Source: Phyllosticta citribraziliensis | Lineage: Eukaryota | Length of the DNA stretch: 64,000 nt | Assembly: GCF_038025025.1 (NCBI RefSeq) | Contig: NW_027117342.1 | Coordinates: forward strand, 806,001 to 870,000 | Reading direction: 5' to 3' | Shown here: piece after piece, positions 1-12,008 of the stretch | Position numbering within the stretch: the first letter of the stretch is position 1 | Layout of the letters: every line of letters begins with the position of its first letter | Translations under genes and position numbers: made by a program | Notes under the pieces: generated by a model | What the model was told of the DNA's origin: nothing | Seen by the model: the letters and a program-made list of their open reading frames with translations, nothing else | The model's database searches: none

Positions 1-380
1 GAAACCAAAAAAAGTTATGACCGGAGTTTTTTGCCGTCGGTCGCCGCCTTGAAGAGCCCGTGCATCAACGCTCGGACCATTTACAATCTTGACCAATGAT
101 CTTGTGTCCTTTTGCACTTCATCTTCTGCCCTCCTTTCGCCATCAAACGAGAACCAATTTTTGCACTGCACATCTGCATCAGTATCCCTTACATTGTTTC
201 CACATGCGAGGCTCTATGACAACAGTTGAGGAGCACGACAATATGAATTGAACCCAGAGGGATCCAGAGAGGCTTTTTATGCTCTTAGTCGCTCTGACTC
301 TAGGACAAGGCTTGTAATGAGAGTCGTGCCACACACGATTCTGAGGTTCTGTTGATCAGGGCTCGAATGCTCTCTATTCC

Positions 381-1610
381 ACTTGCAAGCTGAACCTAGA
401 CGTTCCACAGCGGACAGGCAGTACATTACCTCTTTTGGCCAGGCAAAGTGACACGCCGTTTCAGCCAGCTCACCCGGCCGCCTGGGATTCAGCTTGCAAG
501 CCGAACCTCAGATGTTCGATGGGAAATTCACCATCGAGATTATATCTTTTGACTACAGTGGCCCATCAGTGCCTCCGCATGACCAAAAAGATAATTCTAA
601 CTTGCGCCGCAACTTCAAACGTCTGCTATCTCATAACACCATAGCGTCCCCATAATGGCCTGGGGTTCTCATAACGCCCCACACCCCTAATAACGCCTCT
701 AGACGTACAATGTCACCTGAATACCAGAATCACCCCTTCCAGCTTGGCTTAAAAAGGCAATTCACTGCAGGTTCGGCCAACATCAAACGTCTAAAGCAAA
801 ATGTGCCAACGACTCCAGTCGGTAGGTCGTGATTTTCCTTCAAACGTTTGGTAATGGATTCAAACCTGCCTCTTTTAGCGGCTGTAATGGCACATCCAAC
901 TTGCAAGCTGAATCTCAGATGTTCGACGTTGGACGGACGTAGGATTTCCCGTTTTAGGTCAAAAAAGAGACTACCAGACAGCAGGTTCAGCCTGCAAGCT
1001 GAATCCAGACGTACCGTCCAACATCAAACGTCTGAAGCAAAAATTGAACCCACCGACTGCAGTTGATAGAGCATTCGGCCTCAGACGTTTAACGATGGAC
1101 TCAAAATTACCCCTTTGGGCCACCTGTGAACGCCAACATCAAACATCTAGAGAGATTCGCGGATATCTTCATTCGGCGGCCCAAAACGGCAATCCCTCCA
1201 ATTTCAGACGTTTGACGGTGGACTCACTGTCGGAATTGCCTCTTTGGGCCACCTGTGAACACCAACATCAAACATCTAGAGATTTTCGCGAATATCTTCA
1301 TTCGGCGGCCCAAAACGGCAATGCGTCCAACATCAGACGTTTGACAGCGGACTCAAGATTGCCTCTTTGGGCCACCCGTGAACGCCAACACCAAATGTCT
1401 CGAGAGATTCACGAATATCTTCATCTGGCGGCCCAAAACGGCAATCCCTCCAATGTCAGACGTTCGACGATGGACTCACCGTCCAAATTACCTCTTTCGG
1501 CCACAGCTCGGCCGGCGGTCCGAGATGCAACTTGCAAGCCGAACCTCAGACGTTCGACGGTGGACTCACTGGTGTCCAAATTACCTCTTTCGGCCAAGTC
1601 AAGTAGAGCA
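381..1610. repeat. Degenerate repeat array; tandem 123/129/123/90-bp units at 1082-1610 plus dispersed copies of the same motifs upstream
   Basis: CAGACGTT unit starts at 1082, 1205, 1334, 1457 and 1547. The block GGGCCACC(T/C)GTGAAC(G/A)CCAACA...ATATCTTCAT...GGCGGCCCAAAACGGCAAT occurs three times. The motif TGCAAGC(T/C)GAA(C/T)C(TC)AGA(C/T)GT occurs near 381, 493, 899, 993 and 1530. Confidence 0.9.
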
Positions 1611-1740
1611 CGGAACCAGCCTACGGACGAACGGATTTGAAAGGGTCGGTTATTAATTCGTTGGCTTTACTGTATTTGCTCTATATGACTTGATGTCAAA
1701 TCAAATCACCGCTACCGTCCCGACCCACCAGCTGTGTCTA

Positions 1741-1765
1741 CCCCCCCCCCCCCCCCCCCCCCCCC
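1741..1765. repeat. Poly-C homopolymer (25 C)
   Basis: Directly visible run of 25 C. Confidence 0.95.
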
Positions 1766-2158
1766 AGCCGACCGCCGCTCATCCACGTCAGCAACCCAAA
1801 AGCGTCAAACCAAATCTCCACACATGTCCAATCCCAACTCAATCCACCTGTCATCCAAGCATTGCCCATCCATCATCCCATCCGACGTAAGAGAAAACAG
1901 AGAAAACACCGTCAAATGCGCAACAAGGACCGCCTGACTCAAGTGCCTTGATAATTAAAAGAGCTGGAGAGAAACATGACGCAACGAGGGATTTTTTGTC
2001 TGGCAAAAAGAGGACGAGAAAGAAAACTTTTCGAGTCGCTCGCTCAGCGAGCCGCAATTCTGTTATCAGCATGACAAGATAAGACGTAGGGTCGTGTAAA
2101 GGGGCAAGGAGATTCGTCCAATCGTAAAAGATCTTTTTTCTGCAGACCGCCGCCAGAC

Positions 2159-4765
2159 TCACAGGCCAGGCATGGATGATGGCGGCGCAAACAGCGCGTT
2201 GCTTTCCTCAATCATGCTCTCGATTTGGCCAGTCCCGTGCGTCTCGAGACTCTGCAGTAGTTCAAACTGCTGCTCTTGATTGAGTCCAGCACCTGGTCGC
2301 TCTTGGCTCCAGGACGGCATGCTTGGGTCAAGGTAGTCGCCGTAGAGGGCGCCAATGGCTGTCGTAAGGGGTGTGGCTAAGGGCGTTGAACCGGAGTAAT
2401 CGGAAAAGGCTTGGGACTGTTGCGGGTATGCGGGCGAGCTGGAAAATGCAAAACCGTCTTGTTGCGGCGGTTGGCAAGTGGATGGATACGTTGGACTCCA
2501 CTGTGGGAGCTCAGGGAAAGAGACTTGACCATTGTTGAAGGACATTTGATCGTATCCTGGGCTACTTCGGGCTTGCAGAGAACCTTGGTTGGCGTTGCTC
2601 ATGCACGTGGATGTGTTGTATTGGTGTTGCGTTCCAAGAGAATAGCTTTGTTGGTCATTGTGGTAGTTGAGTTTGGGTTGCGGAGAAAGGTATCCAACAG
2701 AATGATCGGATGCCTCAGGTGGCGTTGAAAGCGAAATGCTCGACGCCGTGGCGGGGCTCATGGTACGTGATCGAGTGCTAGCATCGTCCCTCATGCTCGG
2801 AGATGCAGCGGATGCACTCTCGGTCGGCGAACTTGCAGAGATTGGAACGTCGCCCTTCTTCTCGTAGACATTGAGGCATGCCTCGATGAGATTCTGGTAC
2901 AGCGCACGCGCCGACGCAACGCCTGGCCATCTGACCGAAGCAAGCTCAATTGCGTCCAAGGCCACTTTCAAATGTCTTTCGACGTCTTCGCGAGAGTGCA
3001 TCCGCCGTACTTCGGCATAAGACAAGGACCAGAGCATCGTATTGATCGCCATGAAGATTGACTGCGTAAAGACCCACGTCAATTCGACGCTGCGAGTCTC
3101 GATTTGTTTGCGCTGCATGTAAATGTTGTACTCGCAAGCATCATAACACTGGATAGCGGCTCTGACAGACGGTCGGGGTACTTGAGGCGAGGGGCGAAAC
3201 AAAAAGACAACCATGGTGTTGTATCGTCCGGTGAACCTGACTCGGTTAGCTGGATTGATGACAGGGACTTGGTGTCATACCAAACTTTGTTCAGACCGGA
3301 CCCTCCGTCGACCTCGGGGCTCGTGTCTCTCCACGCGACCAACTTGGCCTCCATATTCTTAAACCAGGGATCCTGATCATCCTTCGGCTCGGGCCTTTTT
3401 CGCTGGTACAGTTTTCGGCGGATTTCCAATTGCAATAGGCGCATTCGGAAGAAGTGAATGGCAATCCACTTTTTCAGACACGGTTGAGCCGTAATGGGTC
3501 CTTCGGGTGTTATGAACTGGTCGTCCACCATGGAGAAGAATTGCACGTCAAAGTGCTCCTGTTTTGTGGCCAAGATGGACGGCCTTCCCAGGCTGTGGGC
3601 TAGTCCGAGGTCCATGGTCAAAGTACACCACCACGCTCTTCTGCGCATGTCGACCTCGAGAGGACTTGCTGGCTTGCCACCTCTGCCCAAGACTATCGTC
3701 TTTTCTTCATTCAGTCCTAAAGCCTCGCCAAGCCGAACGGCGAGACCGACGATGTAGTAGACGGCGGTCCTGGTCGGCGTCGTGAGGGAATATCCTGCAA
3801 TCAGGCAGAAGCACTGCATTGTTCCAAGGTCCATCGGTTTGACGGCGGCCTCGAGATACCGCAGCGCAGCTAAATAATAAGAATCGGCCAAGCCAGCGTA
3901 CTGCGTATCCATCTTTTGCAGGCTAATGGCAATGACCATCCGGACGATGAAATTTTGGTAGGCATTGGTCGAGCCATTGTAGACAGCGTCGACATCGCGA
4001 GAAAATGAGGGTTCGTGGAAGATGGGGTACATGGGTTGCACTGTCTTGGCATTAGCAGGGATCGGGGACAAGGTCGAATGACCGACTCACCCTTGAAGTA
4101 AAAGAGCTGGACCAGCAGGTTGGTTAGGTCGCGATTGGGCAACTCCTCGGCGGCGACATCGCTGACGAGCGGGTAGACTTTGGAAGTGGGCTTCTTGTCT
4201 TCTTGCGCAAAGTGTTCTTTGACTTGACGAGCGCGCGAGTCGGGTACGATTTCGGATATACTCCTGGAGTCGGTGAACTGCTTTGCCAGCTGCATGACGA
4301 GCTTGGTGATGGCGATGCCGCTCGAAGGACCGAGGAATTTGGTTTCGTCACTCTCGTGGATGCGCACGGCGGCGGCGTCGCGGACGACTTGGTCGGGGTC
4401 GGGGTCGTAGTCGTCCTTTTCCAGCTCCTCGAGCTGCCTCTCAAGATCGCGTACCTTGTGCTGGAGGTGGACGACATAATTGCGCGGAATCTTTGCATTC
4501 TTAGTCGGGTCAAAGTACTCGCAGTGGGCGTTGTTGCGCTCGCAGGGGCCGCAGCGTGGGAGGCCTGGATCGCATCGCGTCTTTCTCTAGAAAAAAAAGT
4601 TCAGCTGGCGGCTAGACGAGGCGAGCGGGTACGAGGTACCGTTCTGCAGCGCACGCATGCAGTCAAGGTATGGGCAATGCGGGGCGGATTGGATTGGTGG
4701 AGCCGGGTCGCGGTCGCGGTCGCGGTCGAGGTCGAGGATTGCGAGGGAGATGTTGCGGCTGCCAT
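2159..4765 (-). CDS. Zn(II)2Cys6 fungal transcription factor with Fungal_trans middle domain (4 exons)
   Basis: Spliced N-terminus reads ACVRCRT|RKTRCDPGLPRCGPCERNNAHC (binuclear cluster) followed by a coiled coil, and the middle homology region has MRRRAWWC...LGRP. GT-AG introns at about 4587-4639, 4041-4090 and 3237-3280. Confidence 0.92.
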
Positions 4766-5398
4766 GGCGGGCAGGAGTGGGAGGAGAGGAGGGACAAAAC
4801 GGGAGGATTGGAGGTGACGGTGACGCAGAGGAGCGAAGGAGACGGAAGACAAGACGACGACTTGACTTGTAGAGCCCACCTTTAGGGCGGAGGCCGGGAG
4901 AGCCACATGTGAATAGCTAAGTAAAGTAAGGCTGGTGATGTGGAGCAGCAGCGGAGCGGTAGGAAGAAAAGGCCGTAGGACGGTGCGAGCGAAGGTAGAG
5001 AGAGCATCCCGGGCGCAGCAGAGAGCCTATCGGCGCCTATGCGATGCGAGGCCACTCTCCTGTATAGCGACATCTGCACCCTCCGGCCGAGTCGCTCGCC
5101 AACTGCCATGCCAACGTCACATTTCTCTCGTCCGCCCTCGGTCCCTCGGCTTGGCCTCGTTCCCTTCATCTGTGCTCTTGTCGCCGCATGTACGGTGACG
5201 CCCTCCCGCGTGCACCGCCCCCGACTGTGCCACTGCGTTGAGGCTCATGCCCGGGCCCGGCTACAAGCGGGCTCTCCGATCCGGGATCCCCGTCCACGTC
5301 CACGTCCTCCACCTCGACCGACTCCACACCGCCCGCCGCCATCATATGTCGTCGCCCTCTGCTCCATGTCTCTCTGCAATTGATTCCTCGCCGGAGCC

Positions 5399-7627
5399 AT
5401 GGTCCTCGAAACTCCGCTGCTTCGCGTGAGCCGTCCCGTCGCCGCCTGCTCGCGCTGTCGCAGCGCCAAAGTCAAATGTGATGGCAAGCTACCAGCTTGT
5501 ACCGCCTGCGAGAAGTCTGGTCGCGCAAACGAATGCTCCAGCACCAATGACCAGTTTGCTCGCGGCAAAGAGCGCAGCTACGTTGCGACTCTCGAGGCTC
5601 GCGTCGAGCGACTCGAAAAGAAGCTTGCCGAGGTCAGCCAGAGGCGCCAGTCGTCCATCACAATGTCCGACTCGGACGCCCAGGCAACTCCACGTCCCAT
5701 CGGCACCCCGGAAATTCAAAATCGCAAGCCCAACGTGTCCGAGGTCAAGGCGGCGCGTCGAAAAGAAGAGGCAGATATAAACGATCTGGTATCAGACTTC
5801 GGCTTGCTGTATGTCTTGTCCCGTCTTGCGCGTCCTGTCTGACCGCTGTAGATCCGTCAACGCGACGGCCCGCGACTTTTATGGCTTCACGTCCGCCATG
5901 TCTTATGCTCGTCTCATTCTTTCTGCTTCGTCAAAGGAAGAGCTGCCCGCCGGCATGACCAAACCCCTCCCACCGAGATACGCCGTTTCCCCTCTGATTC
6001 AACACTACCTCGATACCATTCACGTCCTTTTGCCGTTTTTCGAAGAAACCACCTTTTACCGCTCCGTCGATGCCGTCTTTAGCACCGATCAACGAAAAGC
6101 CACCTCGTGGGACCACTGGACCCTGCGCATGGTGCTCGCCATATCCTCCATTTCCTTTTCCGAGCAACGGGGAGACGTTCACTATACGGATGCCCTCGGC
6201 CACGTAAATGCCGCTCTCGAACATTCCGAACACGTCCTTCGCCCTGGTTCTGTCGCCAGCATCCAGGCACTACTACTCCTCACCCAGTATGCCATGCTGG
6301 ACCCTCACCATTTTGACAGCTGGACCCTGATTGGCGCCGCCTCTCGGACCATGGTAGACCTTGGCATGCACCAAGACCCTTCAAAAAGTGCCGCCGTCTC
6401 CAAGGCAAAACTGGAGCTGCGCAGGCGCGTCTTCCACTGCCTCTACGCCATGGATAGGTATGTTGCATCTTTCGTTTGTCGTCGTAGCTAACAATTTGCA
6501 GAGAGACCTCCCTCGTCCAAACGCGAGCCTTTTCCTTCTCCGACGACTCGGCAAACGTCGCCTTTCCGTTTCAAAATGGAACATCCCCAAAGCATTCGGA
6601 AGAAAACCAGTGGATCCCGTCCTTTGACTCTGCACTCGATCTTTTCCGCCTTCGCCAGCTACAATCCGACTGGTACACGACACTTTTCCAATCTGGCCGA
6701 GAAGCGTGGCAAGATCCCTATCCCGAAATATGGCGAGTATACAATTCCATGGCGGCATGGTTTAGCAAAGCCTCACGCAACGCCTCGCCAGCAGTACGAG
6801 ATTTTTTCGAGCTTGAATTGCTTTACAGTTACGTATACATTTTATCCCAGAGTCCGAAATGTCCGCGCGTAAGCGAGTACGCACAACACCTGATATTCGA
6901 GCACTGCGTGTCGTACGCATCGAAGTTGCTCGCCATCTTATCGGAAGAGTCATCCAAGGATAGGCCACCCATTACTTTTTATGACGCAATGAGGGTTTAC
7001 ATAACTGGAAGACATTTTGTCGATGTTCTTTCGAACAATCAGGAATCGCTCCTTTCGGGGCGTCCGCCATCACAAGGGGCTTACTCGTCCATGTCAGAAG
7101 AATCGATAGATCCACACGCTCAGGGGTCTGACGTGTTACCGCCAGCTTTTCCAGGCGCCCCAGGCTCCAAAAACCAAGCGGCTCGCGCCGTAGCCGCGAT
7201 TAATAACTTCACCGCCATCTTGTCGCAATTCGGCCTGCGATTTGGCTACGCCAACTGGCGAGACCGATTTCAACAAGATTCTTCCGCCTTATCAAACCAC
7301 CTATACATGGTCAATCACCATCAACAAGAGCGAGGATATTCGGGATGGGACGGCACCGAGGCGAGCACGTCTCCGTACAGCTACTTTGACGTTGGATCTT
7401 CGCCCCCACCGACTACGCAGCCCTATGGGTTTTCCGAGGCGCGGCCGTTTCCACAGACCACTGAGTGGCCAAGCTCACGACCTGGCTCCAACCGGCGGAT
7501 TTACACGATTGGACAACCCCCGGTCCCCCTGCCAGTGACGACGGCCTTACCGGTGACCGGAGACATGGGCCAGGGAACAGCTTGGGAGACATTGCCGGGC
7601 GGCAGTTTGAACGCGAGATTCTCGTGA
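5399..7627 (+). CDS. Zn(II)2Cys6 fungal transcription factor with Fungal_trans domain (3 exons)
   Basis: ACSRCRSAKVKCDGKLPACTACEKSGRANEC cluster, coiled coil, and DLGMHQDP...ELRRRVFHCLYAMDR. Introns at about 5809-5851 and 6458-6501. Confidence 0.92.
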
Positions 7628-8171
7628 CTTGACGAATAATGATGATGGCATGTAGAAATGAGCAAAAGTAATCTACTGTATTTTCACGTGTTGAACATGC
7701 GGGGAAGTCTGTCCAGAGTTGAAACGAGCTTGACCAACCCTGCGTCCAAGGCTTGGTTGCAGCGTGGCACCCATGATGATTGCTGTGGTCAGTCAAGGAG
7801 CTTTCATACACTTCAATAGAGACGGATAGAGAGCAGAGACGATGGGGGCATACGAGCCCCAGTTTGGAACCTCCGTGGTGTGCCACGACTTTTATGTGGT
7901 TTCTCAGCGGAGTGGACCTATAGTGGCTTGGTGGCTCGTGCATAGGGCGGTGCAGATCGCGGACCCTTGCTGGCCGCGGCCTCGGTCGCAGCACCACCGT
8001 CATGGCCTCCCGACCTCCGTCACTACCGGTGCCTGAGCTGTCTTCAGTTGTCAACAACTTGTCCACGCACTGTGCATACGTCGAATCCGGCCATGCCCAC
8101 TTGAATCCCCGAATCGAATCGCGAGTCCCACATCTGCCGGCATACAGGAGCTACGTTGCAGAGCCGCAAAC

Positions 8172-9972
8172 ATGCTCAGAAATCGCCAGTTGCAACATGG
8201 CCTTTTCATCTCGACACATTCTGCGCTGCTACTGCTGTTGGCTGCGCTCGCTCTATTCACTCATGTAGCCGTCGCGGCGACTAATACACGCCAAATCACG
8301 CCCAAGAAGATACCACAGCAGCCCATGAAGGGAACGGAGCACTCTCGGGCCAAGGACGCATGTCCAGACTACGTCAAGTACTCTGCACATCCTCAGTATG
8401 TGCCACCTGTGCTCAATCGAGCTTGATGCTAACGTACCAAGTGGTCCGTACACCGATGGTCCCATGGGACTGCCATTCCAGCGACCCGCCCCTGCTTGTC
8501 GCACCTTCAAGTCGCCACTGGTCGAGGAAGTGATTGAGGAGATGAAGAAGAGAATGGTGGATAAAGACCTGGCCCGCATTTTCGAAAACGCTTTCCCAAA
8601 CACTCTCGATACAACTGTGAGGTGGCATGTTGATGGGTCGCAAAAAATAAAAGAGAAGCCAGGAAAAGGCAAGGGACTTTGGATTGGACCTCAGAGTTTC
8701 ATCGTCACTGGAGACATCAATGCTGAATGGCTGCGCGATTCCACAAACCAGCTCGCACAATATCAGAAATTGGCCAAAAAAGACAGCGCTATCAGGACTC
8801 TGATCCTCGGAGCAATCAACACGCAGGCCGAATTTGTAATTGGTTCGCCGTATTGCAATGCTTTCCAACCTCCGCCTCCATCAAAGCTCTCCAAATCCAA
8901 CAATGGCATGGATGACGAGGTACACCCAGCTTACGAACCATCTTTTGTGTTTGAATGCAAATACGAGCTAGACTCTTTGGCGCACTTTCTCTCCTTGACC
9001 AATCAATTTTACGAGCATACCAGCAACTCGGAATTCCTCACTCCTCGATGGTACAAGGCAATCGAGACGCTGCTCGATGTCATCAAGGAACAATCTCGAC
9101 CGACGTTTGACAGCAAGGGTGACTACAAGCGCAACTCGTACACCTTTCAGCGCGACACTCGAGCCGGCACCGAGACCCTGAGTCTGTCGGGCGTCGGAAA
9201 TCCCTTAAATGGCGGCACAGGTCTTGTCCGCAGCGCCTTTCGCCCAAGCGACGATGCCACAATTCTCGGCTTCCTCATTCCAGCCAACGCCATGATGGCC
9301 GTCGAATTGCGACGCTCGGCCGCCATGCTGCGCAAAGTCGGCGGCAGCAAAGCAACCGAGTTAGCCAAAAAGCTGCAGTCGCACAGCGAGACGATAGAAG
9401 GCGGCATCTGGGAGCACGGCGTGGTGCCGCACAAGAAATACGGCCACGTCTTCGCATTCGAAGTCGACGGCTACGGCTCCTCCATCATGATGGACGACGC
9501 AAACCTGCCGTCGCTGCTGGCGCTGCCCTTGCTCGGCTTCGTCGACGCCGAGGACGAGACGTACCAGAACACGCGCAGAATGATTCTCGAGAAGACGGGT
9601 AACCCGTACTTTTTGAAGGGAAAGAGCTTCCAGGGCATCGGCGGCCCGCACATTGGCCTGCAGAACGCGTGGCCCATGAGCTTGCTGGTCCAAGCCATGA
9701 CGAGCAACGATGACGATGAAATCACGAATGCCATTTCTTACGTCCGAAATGGCAGCCGTTTGGGCCTGGTGCATGAGAGTGTCGATGTCAATTTCATCAA
9801 GACATATACGCGTGAGTTTGTTCCCTTTGTCGTTGGACTGTGGCTAATCAGTTGGACAGGCTCGTGGTTCGCGTGGGCCAATTCCGTCTTTGCCCAGACC
9901 ATTCTCGATCTTGCGGAGCGCAAGCCGCACCTCCTGTTTGGAGAGGACGCCAAGCCGTACACCATCAAATAA
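8172..9972 (+). CDS. Glycoside hydrolase family 125 (DUF1237/Mug157-like exo-alpha-1,6-mannosidase), probably secreted
   Basis: Hydrophobic N-terminus; motifs FENAFPNTLDTT, TGDINAEWLRDS, ECKYELDSL, SAFRPSDDA, MDDANLPSLL, WFAWANS. Introns at about 8396-8441 and 9812-9859. Confidence 0.93.
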
Positions 9973-10741
9973 GTCGCGTTGCATCTTTCGGGAACAGAAC
10001 AGACGACGACATGAGTTTGTTTAGACGGCGTTTGGCGGTAGGTCGATTGAGGCGTTTCCGGACTTGTTTCGTGTTCCTATCTGTCTGTCTGATGGCATTG
10101 TTGCTCGACGTGTTTGTTTGCGCTGGTATGTGGAAGCGATAAAATGTTACAAATGACAACAATACAGGCTGTCTAGATCCCCTGAGTGCGACCTGTGTTG
10201 AGTGCTCCTTGTACGCAATTTGATGTGCCTGATCGCGGTGCTTGTCAGCTTCCTGTCTGCAACACTTCTCCCGCAATGTCTTCAAACAATTTGTGATCTA
10301 CTCTGCTCCTGTTTTCGTTGTTCAGAGTACGTTTCTCCCGCGCTGTTTCGTCTCGGGCTTTCCTTTTCCACAAACGACAGCAAGCCCTTCTCAATAAGCA
10401 TCCAAACCAGCACAATACTGTGCTCACCTCCTGTAACCAGCAGCACATCTCTCCCACCCATCTCCACACCCCCAAACCACCCACCGATGCCTCCTCACCA
10501 CTCCCATCCCTCCCTCCCCTGCGCCACAGCACCAGCCACACCATATGCATGGCCAGCAAAACAGTTTCCGAACACCGGTCGACGACCAGCAAAACAGATT
10601 GCCCACTCTCGGAATCGAACCGAGGATCTATTCATAGGACGCGCTGTACGAGTGAATCGCTTTACCACTGAGCCAAGCGGGCAATGTTGTGATATTCATG
10701 ATCAAGAGCGAGATCTGAAGCAATATATACATGTAAAAAAA

Positions 10742-11905
10742 TTATTCCTGCCGCCGATGTCGTTCATCCCAGTATCCCTGGAGATACTTCATCTCCAAAA
10801 AATTCATGTCATGACCATATCTAATCGAATTCACCTCCTCCATATGCTGTGCCGCCTTCCTCTTCCGAACACGAGACTTTTCTTCTTCTTCTTCTTCTTC
10901 ATCTCGCTCCTTCCTCTTCCGGATGTCTATGAGTTGTAAGGGGGTGGGCGGAAAAATTGGTGTCGCTGGGCGAATGTAGGGGTCGAGTTTCAACCATGCT
11001 GCTCGGCGTGCTGATGCAATGCACCGCCAGTTTTCGATTTCCTGGTCGGAAATTCCTGCATTTTTCATGAATGCAATTGGATCTGTGATCTGTTCTTTCA
11101 ATGTGCGCTTGGTTTCTCGTTCATGTTCTATGCGCTGGGCGGACCATGCGCGGCGCGCATTGTACGCGCGTGTCGCCATTCGCTCACGCCGAATCTGTGC
11201 TCGAAGCTCCGAATCGACCACGACGGCTTCCCCATTGAACTTGAAATCCTCTTTCAACGGTATGCGCGCATTTGTCGGTAGCCATTCCAGGCCAATTTCG
11301 TACCATGGGCAGAATTTCCTAAAAATTTCTCGTGTAGAGCCGGGCTTGTCGGGCAAATATGAGCCCATCATCGTCTGTATGAAGGTTTCATGGAGCAAGC
11401 ATGACAGTCTCATGTCGATGATTGACTCTGGTTCACCGTCTTCTAGGCCCTTGTATGCTCCTGTTTGCACGATTTCTGCATAGCGCGCCACCGCGGGATC
11501 ATCCATCAAGTTGTATAGCAGCGAGTGGCCCTTGTGACATGCGCGGTATCTCGGGTCCAAATGCTGCTGGGTCCTGCCTTTCAAACGCGTGTCGAGCCCT
11601 GTTGCCGAACCATTGTAACTATGACTTGAACGGCCCTGTGCACGAAGGTGGACGAAATAGGTGCCGAATTCAGACGAAAGTAGCGCATTTGGCAGAGTAC
11701 GAAGAAGTTCCCAGGAAGGTGCGTCATTGTGATTGAGAATTTCTTTCATTTTCGGCAGAGTCATTTCCTCGAGAGCATCGATCCAGAATTCAAGTTGCAC
11801 GGCGTGGAGAAGTTGGTAGATGACGAGATTGAAGTGTATGACCGGTAGCTGGTAGACTTGAGACACGAATTCGCGAACACGCTGCTGATACACAGGAAAA
11901 GACAT
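10742..11905 (-). CDS. Intronless 387-aa protein with a GIY-YIG-like nuclease domain and a charged helical C-terminus
   Basis: G81-T-Y83...Y97-N-G-S-A-T...R111-x3-H115...E173...N212 follows the order of the conserved GIY-YIG residues. The C-terminus is Arg/Glu-rich with an E7 tract and basic NLS-like stretches. Confidence 0.7.
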   Translation of the reverse strand: MSFPVYQQRVREFVSQVYQLPVIHFNLVIYQLLHAVQLEFWIDALEEMTLPKMKEILNHNDAPSWELLRTLPNALLSSEFGTYFVHLRAQGRSSHSYNGSATGLDTRLKGRTQQHLDPRYRACHKGHSLLYNLMDDPAVARYAEIVQTGAYKGLEDGEPESIIDMRLSCLLHETFIQTMMGSYLPDKPGSTREIFRKFCPWYEIGLEWLPTNARIPLKEDFKFNGEAVVVDSELRAQIRRERMATRAYNARRAWSAQRIEHERETKRTLKEQITDPIAFMKNAGISDQEIENWRCIASARRAAWLKLDPYIRPATPIFPPTPLQLIDIRKRKERDEEEEEEEKSRVRKRKAAQHMEEVNSIRYGHDMNFLEMKYLQGYWDERHRRQE

Positions 11906-11986
11906 GGTGGCGCTTGCGGAGAACGAGGTGCGACTGAGGATCGAACGGTGGTCTGGTTAGCTCAAGGTTGCAGAGTCTGGAGAGAT

Positions 11987-12008
11987 TCGAATTCGAATTC
12001 GAATTCGA
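11987..12008. repeat. Perfect 22-bp palindromic microsatellite TC(GAATTC)3GA
   Basis: Sequence tcgaattcgaattcgaattcga is its own reverse complement. Confidence 0.9.

Noticed and set aside
1082..1610. CRISPR-like reading of the regularly spaced repeats
   Set aside because: Eukaryotic context, units similar along their whole length with no unique spacers, and no cas genes.
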